Shown: positions 57,450 to 64,000 of the stretch, in pieces
Layout: each line of letters starts with the position of its first letter
How positions within the stretch are numbered: the stretch's first letter is position 1
IMG/VR virus record: IMGVR_UViG_3300045241_000137
DNA from: an uncultured virus (IMG/VR IMGVR_UViG_3300045241_000137)
Lineage: Duplodnaviria > Heunggongvirae > Uroviricota > Caudoviricetes
DNA length: 64,000 nucleotides
Direction: 5' to 3' (one strand)
Made by a program: the position numbers and the translations under genes
Notes under the pieces: generated by a model
Told to the model about the DNA's origin: nothing
Seen by the model: the letters and a program-made list of their open reading frames with translations, nothing else
Databases searched by the model: none

Positions 57450-59083
57450 GTGATTCCGTATATGAGCGGGACGCGCGCAGGATCGGCGATGCGATCGCGG
57501 CTATGCGCAGGGGTGAGACGTCAACGGCGGGTATCTACGATTACTCTCGCACGCTCGTGGACATCGATATGCGGCGCCGTGAAGCGTATAGCTACGGCCG
57601 GCATTTTCCTTTGTTTCGCTACGTGCCCGCGAGCGGGCGTCGTAAAGAGCTCTTTGTGGTCAATGGTGACGAGTCGCCGCGGTCCGGCCGCGGCTGGGGT
57701 GGTTCGCGGACACCGGACCATATGAGCGATACGCGCCGGCTTATCGCGGCAACGGGCGCCGATAGTGTCGTTATCCCGTTTAGCGCGCTCGAGGGGGCAG
57801 GCATTGACATTGACTCGGTTCGCCCGGTTCACGTTCGCCCGGATGAGAACTGGACAGAGACGCGCCGCGCGGCATCCATTGACGATTTGCCCGATAGCCT
57901 GCGCAGGTCTCTAGGAGAGTCTTGGTCTAGCGTCACAGGTCCGGATGCGAGCGGCGCGTATAGCTGGGATGTTCGGCGCCATCGGCTAGGCGATTGTTTG
58001 TTTTCGGCCGTGCGCGAGGGTAAGCGGTCCCGTTTTCTGTCCTCATTTGATTATGAGGAACCCGCGCCTATGTATTTTCTGGTTCAGGTCCCGCGCGGTG
58101 CAGGGGATACCGTTGAAACTGCGATTGACAGTTTGGCACCGCGCGCGGTTTGGGCCGCGCGGGCACGCAATATCCCGGTTTACCGTCAGGGCGACATCTT
58201 CTTTATAGAGACGCGTATGACGGACCTAGACCTAGAGCTGCGCGTGATAACTGCGCGTGCACGGTTGACGATGTTGGACCGCGATGCGCGGCCACGGAGG
58301 GGTGAGACAGGCTATGTTCGCCCGTTGACCGCGGCGGAAACGCGCCGGATGCGGGCGATGGTACGCGCCGAATATTTGCGTATCACTCGGGACGCGCGGA
58401 CCCAGCTCGAGCATAGAGACGCGCCGCGCGCCGGTCCTAAGACTGAGAAAGGTTCACGCGCGCGATGGGCAAAGGTTCGCGCCGGCGACGCGCGAGACCT
58501 AGAAGTAGCGCGGGCGAATCTTCGGCGCGCGACTCTAGGCGGACGGCCGGAACGGTATTCGCACTACGGAGAAATGGATCGATACGCGCCGGTGCAGCGC
58601 TACACGAGGATGAGTCCGCTGCAGTATGAGCGGGCTACGATTGCGGCGCGCGTGAAGCGTGCCCGCGAAGCGCTCGAGACCGTGCAGGATCGCGCGGCGC
58701 GTAATGCGATGGGACGCGCCGCGGCGCGCGACGTCTATAGGGCGCCGCTCACGGCGGGACCGGCCGCGATTGTTGCTATGCGTATGGCACGGTCCGCGGC
58801 GCGCGCAAAGTTCTACCCGCAAGAGACCGGCGCCGGCTATGACGCGCACCGGCGCGCCGTTCGCAACGTCCTATCCATTTACGGGACCGCTCATACCGCG
58901 CGTGAAGTTGCGCGCGTAAGAGGGGGCGCCGTTTATGTTCGCGGCAAGGTCTCGCACCGGCCCGAACTAGACGACGGCCGGCCCAGCCGTTGGGATACAC
59001 GGCCGGAACATAGGCCGCTCGAGTTGCGCGACGATTGTTGGTATCTCGCGGTTCGCAATCGTGTCCCGAGGTCCCGCGCGTGA
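57446..59083 (+). CDS. Large early-type hypothetical protein (YSYG-HFP and RQGD motifs)
   Basis: AYSYGRHFPL, YRQGDIFF, AHTA...VSH...PEHRPLEL; atypical codon usage. Confidence 0.7.
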   Translation: MSDSVYERDARRIGDAIAAMRRGETSTAGIYDYSRTLVDIDMRRREAYSYGRHFPLFRYVPASGRRKELFVVNGDESPRSGRGWGGSRTPDHMSDTRRLIAATGADSVVIPFSALEGAGIDIDSVRPVHVRPDENWTETRRAASIDDLPDSLRRSLGESWSSVTGPDASGAYSWDVRRHRLGDCLFSAVREGKRSRFLSSFDYEEPAPMYFLVQVPRGAGDTVETAIDSLAPRAVWAARARNIPVYRQGDIFFIETRMTDLDLELRVITARARLTMLDRDARPRRGETGYVRPLTAAETRRMRAMVRAEYLRITRDARTQLEHRDAPRAGPKTEKGSRARWAKVRAGDARDLEVARANLRRATLGGRPERYSHYGEMDRYAPVQRYTRMSPLQYERATIAARVKRAREALETVQDRAARNAMGRAAARDVYRAPLTAGPAAIVAMRMARSAARAKFYPQETGAGYDAHRRAVRNVLSIYGTAHTAREVARVRGGAVYVRGKVSHRPELDDGRPSRWDTRPEHRPLELRDDCWYLAVRNRVPRSRA

Positions 59084-59222
59084 GACTCGTGCTAGACGTT
59101 TTCGCGGCAGTTGTCGCGGTGTTGTATGCGCGCCGTGAGGTTTGCGGCGCGCTCGAGGTTTGGGCCGATCGGCCCAACGGTTGCGGGACCGTTGCCCGCG
59201 CGAAAGGAAAGGAAGGGTCCTA

Positions 59223-59441
59223 ATGGACACTTTCACGCTTACCATCGTCGACGAGGATGAGGTAATCCTGGCCGATACCGTTACGGCGCCGATGTGCACG
59301 AGCTGCGGCGCGATCGCTGCACCGGATGGGACCTGTCTCGAGATTGGCGCGTGCGAGCGGGCGGACCGCGCCGCAACGCGCGGCGCGACAGGACCGGCCG
59401 CGAAGTTTCGCGCGTGGACAGCTCGCGGGACCGTGGACTGA
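59223..59441 (+). CDS. Small zinc-finger-like protein
   Basis: MDTFTLTIVD...CTSCG...TC....C; purine-rich RBS. Confidence 0.6.
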   Translation: MDTFTLTIVDEDEVILADTVTAPMCTSCGAIAAPDGTCLEIGACERADRAATRGATGPAAKFRAWTARGTVD

Positions 59442-59520
59442 GCTAACCCGCTTCGGCGCGCGTAGGCGCGCATAACCGAGTCCTGCACGCGTCGACGGAC
59501 GCGGGAACATCGCAGGAAAC

Positions 59521-59549
59521 AAAGACCGGCGCCGGCCGGTCTTTTCTTT
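59521..59549 (+). terminator. Intrinsic terminator, possibly bidirectional
   Basis: AAAGACCGGC-GCCG-GCCGGTCTTT followed by TCTTT. Confidence 0.8.
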
Positions 59550-60085
59550 GCCCGCATACAGGCGCGCGCGTGAGCGCGCCAGGAGGGATAGCCGATTACC
59601 CTGCCCGATTGCCCGCACGACGTTAGAGCTGCTTACGCGCGGCCGGTCCCGCCCGGTTTAGGATCCTGCGCGCCGATTGGCGCCGCGCGCGCGCCGGCCG
59701 TGAACGTTGACGCGCCGGCGCCGGTCCCGTTCGGGCACGCGCGCGAGCTCGTGGCACGCGCCGTGCACGGCGCCGGCGCCGCGGTTAGACGTCTAGCCGG
59801 CGCCGTGCTCGAGCGCTGCAGCAGGCGCCGCGCGCCGGCCGGCGCGCCGTGGCACGAGCATTGCCGCGGCGCGCCGCGCGCGATCGGCGAGACCTGCCCG
59901 ATGCGAGCGGCCGCAGGCATCGATAGGTCCCCGTCTATCGCTCGGCCGATCGATAGGTCCGAGCCTCATAGTTGCGACCGCAAGCAACCCGGGCGCCGGG
60001 CGCCGGGCGCCGGGCATCCTGCCGCCGGGGCACCCCTGCCGGCGCCGGAGGGTGACGTCACCTAGTGCCGGTGCTTTCGGTCCCC

Positions 60086-60871
60086 CTAGTGCTCGGGCTT
60101 TTCATCTAGTGCCGGGGCTTCTAGTGCCGGGGCTTCTGCCTCAGTCCATTCGCCGTCATCGACCAGTTCGAGCACGTCCGCCGGCACCGCTTCGATCGCA
60201 GGCCGGGCCGTCCTCGTCACCGCCGGATCGTCGAGACCGGGCGAATACTCCTGTAGGAGCTGAGCTAGTAGCCGGGCTTTCTCCATCGGCATGCGCTCCC
60301 AGTCCACGAGCGGCTGGAACCGAACGGACACGTCGACCGTCGAACGGGCGACCGGCGCGAACTGCTCCGGATCCAGCATCTTCAGCAGCGTCTTGTAATC
60401 CCCTTTGCGCCGGGCTTCTTGAATCAGCTCGTGATTAAACTCCGCGCGCGCCTGCTCCAACGCCGCCACTAGATCCGCGTGCAGGCCGCCCTTGTCGGCG
60501 TCCCTGTCCTCGCGGCCGCGCTTCTCCCAGCGCTTCGCCGTAGCCTCCACGACTCCGCACCGCCGATACGCGTCCGCCTTCGTCATCCCCTCCCGCACCA
60601 GCGAAGCAACGTCGTCGACCAGCTCGCCGGTCAGCTTGCGAGCTCGGGCACGCTCGCGCGCGAACGGAATCGTCGGCTCCGCCATGACAGCCTCTAGAAC
60701 GGCGCCGGCGTGAAGATCGATCAGACGGCAGATAGCCGTGGAGCGGGTGACACCGAGACCGCGCGACATCTCCTCGAGCGCGTCGTAGCGGTCTCGGTCG
60801 ACCGTCGCTCCGATCGTGATGTTCCTGACCCCGCGATGACGCTCGGGAGGTTTGCGCTCGACGACTGACAT
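60086..60871 (-). CDS. terS: Probable terminase small subunit (RHH-like N-terminus plus HTH)
   Basis: KLTGELVDDVASLVREGMTKADAYRRCGVVEATAKRWEKRG...LEQARAE...PEQF; acidic EAPAL-repeat tail. Confidence 0.62.
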   Translation of the reverse strand: MSVVERKPPERHRGVRNITIGATVDRDRYDALEEMSRGLGVTRSTAICRLIDLHAGAVLEAVMAEPTIPFARERARARKLTGELVDDVASLVREGMTKADAYRRCGVVEATAKRWEKRGREDRDADKGGLHADLVAALEQARAEFNHELIQEARRKGDYKTLLKMLDPEQFAPVARSTVDVSVRFQPLVDWERMPMEKARLLAQLLQEYSPGLDDPAVTRTARPAIEAVPADVLELVDDGEWTEAEAPALEAPALDEKPEH

Positions 60872-61392
60872 CTCCGTGAAGCCTACGGGAGAGTCACGAC
60901 ATCCCCGAGATACAACGGAATCGGACTATCTCGGCCGAGACGCGGCGCGCGCCTCATCCGCCAAGTCATTCTGCCGCGTTCGCGTTATCGACCGTTTCGG
61001 CACCTTTCCCGTTGTTCGTTTAGGGCGGAAAACCGTGGCATTCGCGTTAGGTAGGAGCGGGTTGCGCGAGTTGCCGCCGGCTCAACGCGGCTTCGCGCAA
61101 TCCTACCCGCGCATACCCGCCCGGTCAAGGTATTGGGGCTGGTATAGGCTTGGTTTTGGCTCTATAGCTGGGTTTGCGGGGTGTTTTCTTAACAATCAGG
61201 TGCGGTTCGGCACGAGTATATTTGGTTCGTTCGTGAGTTGCAGGGGTTTTTCGGTGTCGGCGGCGGTTCTCACATTTGCGGTAGACGATGTTGTGTCGGC
61301 TGTTCCGGACGTGTGCTGTTCTATGACTTGGTTTGTGCTCGGTGTTCCGGTGGTGTTCCGGATATTGGGCGAGATGTCTTGTTCGTTTGTGC

Positions 61393-61407
61393 GCAAGTGA
61401 CACTTGC
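61393..61407. promoter_or_regulatory. Palindromic operator-like site in the divergent intergenic region
   Basis: GCAAGTG-A-CACTTGC. Confidence 0.4.
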
Positions 61408-61679
61408 AGCACACAAGGTTTGCATTCGGCTTGGTTGACCGGCACATTCTGAGCACACTCAGCACACGCTCGGGATCGTGTTGTCGGTCTAGGCGACGGT
61501 CGTGTTTCTATATCTGGCAACGCCGGCGGGGGTTGGTTGGGCCGTAGCGTGCGTGTTGTTTATGGCTCGGCTGCGTTGCATCAGTTTTTCTTTGGTCGTC
61601 CTGATGTCTACACAAACCGCTCTTTATCTGGTATGCTGCACAGTGACGCACAAGACTTCTACCGTTAGGAGGTCGTGAG

Positions 61680-62105
61680 ATGAGTGGTACGACTGGCAGC
61701 ATCGAGGCGGCGGGCGCGCATTTGGAGGCGGCTCGCGCTGAGTTCGAGGCGTATTCGGAGGATGGGCAGATGACGTCGCTCATCGCGGACGCGTGGGATT
61801 TGACGGCCGCGGCGCTCGGGAGGATCGCGGCGCTAGAGACTGAGCAGCAGGCGGGGGTGTCGGCCGCGTCCCGTGGTCAGGTGCACGTCGTCGCGTATGA
61901 CGACGTGGTAGTCGTTCGGCTTTACGACCAGACGAGGGACAATCCGGTTGAGCTGAACGTGGCGAAGCGCGGTGATGGTCTGGTGGCGGTCGGAATGGAG
62001 GATCGCGACTCGGGCAACGTCGAGCTTTGGACGGCCGTAAATGCGGACGCGTTGCGTGCAGCGCTCGCGCTCGTGTGTGTCGGTTCCGTCTCGGTGGAGG
62101 TGTAG
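61680..62105 (+). CDS. Hypothetical early protein
   Basis: AGGAGG RBS; 141 aa. Confidence 0.7.
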   Translation: MSGTTGSIEAAGAHLEAARAEFEAYSEDGQMTSLIADAWDLTAAALGRIAALETEQQAGVSAASRGQVHVVAYDDVVVVRLYDQTRDNPVELNVAKRGDGLVAVGMEDRDSGNVELWTAVNADALRAALALVCVGSVSVEV

Positions 62106-62107
62106 CG

Positions 62108-62773
62108 ATGGAGGCTTTCGAGACGTTCGAGCATGCGGGCTTCGTGTGCGAGCTGCACTACGACGAGGCTGCTCCGTCGCCGGCCGACTGGGACCAGCTT
62201 GGGACGGTCTACCAGTTCGGCCGCGCCTGGCTGCAGGGAGCGGAGAGCGCGTCCGGAGACATCGAGGAGGCGCACGAGCGCAACCGCCCCGGGCTTGTCG
62301 TTCGGGCTTTGCGCATGGCGGGCGAGACGGCGGTGTTGTTCCAGTTTCAGGACTACGGGTCGGGCGGTTCGCGGATCCTGGCGTTGGACGACGGCGAGGA
62401 CGATCGGGCGACGGGCTATATCTCGACGACGGATGCGCGCGGCCGGGAGCTCGGGATTCCCGAGAAGGATGGGGAGGCGGAGAGGCAGTTGCGCGGCGAG
62501 CTGAAGGACTGGGACGCGTGGGTGTGCGGCGAGGTTGTCGGCTATGTGGTGCGCGAGGACGTGAAGACGTCGAACGGAGCGGACGTCGGCGAGGTCGTTC
62601 ACTCGGTTTGGGGCTTCTACCCGGAGCGGGACGTCGACGGGAGCGACGGCTACGAGTACGTTCGTCAGGAGGCGCGGGACGCGGCCGAGTCGGAGCGGGA
62701 CTCGCGGGCGGAGCGTGCCAGGGTGGCGGCGGCGGGGTGGGCGATGGCGCACGGTCAGACGGTGACGGCATGA
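62108..62773 (+). CDS. Hypothetical early protein
   Basis: MEAFETFEH...SPADWDQLGT...GEVVGYVV...SVWGFY; GGAGG RBS. Confidence 0.75.
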   Translation: MEAFETFEHAGFVCELHYDEAAPSPADWDQLGTVYQFGRAWLQGAESASGDIEEAHERNRPGLVVRALRMAGETAVLFQFQDYGSGGSRILALDDGEDDRATGYISTTDARGRELGIPEKDGEAERQLRGELKDWDAWVCGEVVGYVVREDVKTSNGADVGEVVHSVWGFYPERDVDGSDGYEYVRQEARDAAESERDSRAERARVAAAGWAMAHGQTVTA

Positions 62774-62955
62774 CCGCCGGGTGGCCTTGGATCGTGCTCA
62801 AGGAGGACCCGCACGACCAGAGCATTACCGCGCACGGGCCTTTCGTTCGGGAGGCGGACGCGTGGGAGCGGGCGCAAGCGCTCGCGGACGAGTCGGGCGA
62901 CGATGACGTGCACGAGCATTTCGTGTGCGTGCAGCTTGTGCCGGTGACAGCATGA
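62770..62955 (+). CDS. Small hypothetical protein
   Basis: MTAGWPWIVL...HGPF...; ATGA coupling. Confidence 0.6.
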   Translation: MTAGWPWIVLKEDPHDQSITAHGPFVREADAWERAQALADESGDDDVHEHFVCVQLVPVTA

Positions 62956-63224
62956 TCGTCCAGGCCCGTCTATGCACGGTCGAGGGTAAGGGGATCGGTT
63001 GGTGGCGCAACTACTTCACGGATTGCGAGGACCTGCGCGATGCGTCCTGGTTCGCGCGCGATCTTGTGCCGAAGTGTCAGGTCCGCGTGAAGGACGGGCG
63101 CGAGGTTGTGTTCGGTCCGTGTCGTGCGGAGGAGCTGCAGGCCGTCCGCGGGGACTGGCCGAACGGTTCGCGGTCGACGGTCGGCGCCACTAACGGCGCG
63201 GACGGGGGTGGGCTCGACACCTAA
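62952..63224 (+). CDS. Small hypothetical protein
   Basis: MIVQARLCTVEG...; ATGA coupling. Confidence 0.55.
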   Translation: MIVQARLCTVEGKGIGWWRNYFTDCEDLRDASWFARDLVPKCQVRVKDGREVVFGPCRAEELQAVRGDWPNGSRSTVGATNGADGGGLDT

Positions 63225-63229
63225 CCCTG

Positions 63230-63305
63230 TTTCGCGGGTGCCGTCTGATGAGACCGCGACGAAACCCCCGCCCTGGCTTTACCCCCCTCGGGCGGGGGTC
63301 ACGGC
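63230..63305 (+). ncRNA. Type I hammerhead ribozyme
   Basis: GCCGU-CUGAUGA-G-ACCGCGA-C-GAAA-CCCCCGCCC-loop-GGGCGGGGG-UC/ACGGC. All core nucleotides are present and stems I and III pair perfectly. Confidence 0.9.
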
Positions 63306-63338
63306 TAAATGTTCACTCTCTACCGTTAGGAGCGTTCG

Positions 63339-63626
63339 ATGACTACCGCAACAACGCAGGTGCTTACACAAGTGGAATGGGAAGGGGAAGACTTCGCGAA
63401 AGGCGAAGCGATCGCGCGGGCGCTCGGATATGAGCAGTTCGCCTACACGTCGACGTCCGCGCTCTGGGGCCTGTTCTGTCTGCCGGAGAATCCGCGGACG
63501 TGGCGGGGGAATCGTCAGGCTTTGCAGGGCGGTTGCATCGTGAAGACGCGCGAGCTCGGATTCCTGTTTGTGCAGGACGGCGAGGACCGCGATCCCGAAT
63601 CAGTATGGGGCGAGGTTCAGCTATGA
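63339..63626 (+). CDS. Hypothetical protein
   Basis: AGGAG RBS; 95 aa. Confidence 0.7.
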   Translation: MTTATTQVLTQVEWEGEDFAKGEAIARALGYEQFAYTSTSALWGLFCLPENPRTWRGNRQALQGGCIVKTRELGFLFVQDGEDRDPESVWGEVQL

Positions 63627-64000
63627 CTTATCGCGAGCGGAGAGAAGCCCGCGCGGAACGGTTGCGCGAGTGGGCCGAGAAGCGCGAACGGGACGCCGGC
63701 GCGGTGCTCCAGTCGCACGAGCGCTACCGAGGCGACCACGCGTTCAACTTTCAGCCGGGCCATATTCCGGAGCGCGCACGCGTGATCGCGCAGGCCGACA
63801 GGGCGTTCGAGTCGCTGGACAAGGCCGCGGGGATGGCGAGCCGCGCGGCGGGGATCGAGGCGCAGGACGCGCACGCGATCTACTCCGACGACGACGACGC
63901 GATCGAACGGCTCGAGCAGCGGATCGCGGAGCTCGAAGCGGAGCGGTCTAGGTACAAGGTTTTCAATGCGTCGTGTCGCAAGGTCGACGGCGGCGACCCT
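63623..64000 (+). CDS. DUF3560-like protein, truncated by the window end
   Basis: MTYRERRKARAERLREWAEK...QPGHIPER...AIYSDDDDAIERLEQRIAELE. Confidence 0.7.
   Translation, partial: MTYRERREARAERLREWAEKRERDAGAVLQSHERYRGDHAFNFQPGHIPERARVIAQADRAFESLDKAAGMASRAAGIEAQDAHAIYSDDDDAIERLEQRIAELEAERSRYKVFNASCRKVDGGDP

Noticed and set aside
60060..60137. CTAGTGCCGG repeats as a regulatory array
   Set aside because: Mostly explained by the EAPAL repeat at the C-terminus of the terS-like protein, although one copy lies past the stop.
60852..61520. ORFs 60852-61400 (+) and 61125-61520 (-) as real genes
   Set aside because: Atypical composition, no RBS or recognisable motifs; the region looks like a divergent regulatory gap.

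Overview
The whole window is part of a high-GC, long-tailed (siphovirus-like) dsDNA phage genome, most likely infecting an actinobacterium. The Rpf domain, SigA-like leaderless promoters and actinophage-style head and tail genes point to that host group. No host genes or integrase are visible. From 56.9 kb leftwards almost everything is on the minus strand, in this order: large terminase; a 7 kb glycosylation and base-modification cluster; portal; MuF-protease fusion; a 12 kb insert with a giant collagen-like fibre and more glycan enzymes; two capsid proteins (hexamer- and pentamer-type); tail genes with a predicted -1 frameshift; tape measure; tail tip; holin-like protein and CHAP endolysin. 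Then comes a recombination/replication module (Arc-like regulator, RecT, SbcCD, VRR-NUC, secreted Rpf, DnaB/RepA-like helicase, DNA methyltransferase). From 57 to 64 kb are + strand early-type genes, a probable small terminase and compositionally unusual non-coding DNA. Highlights: (1) a second, full-length copy of the pentamer-type capsid protein is fused to a ~1400-aa Thr-rich collagen fibre and flanked by about nine glycosyltransferase-like genes and tailoring enzymes, suggesting a glycosylated vertex-spike system; (2) a complete type I hammerhead ribozyme lies between two early genes; (3) two independent arrays of tiny genes are joined by conserved junction repeats, resembling gene cassettes. 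All family assignments come from motifs recognised by eye; no searches were run.
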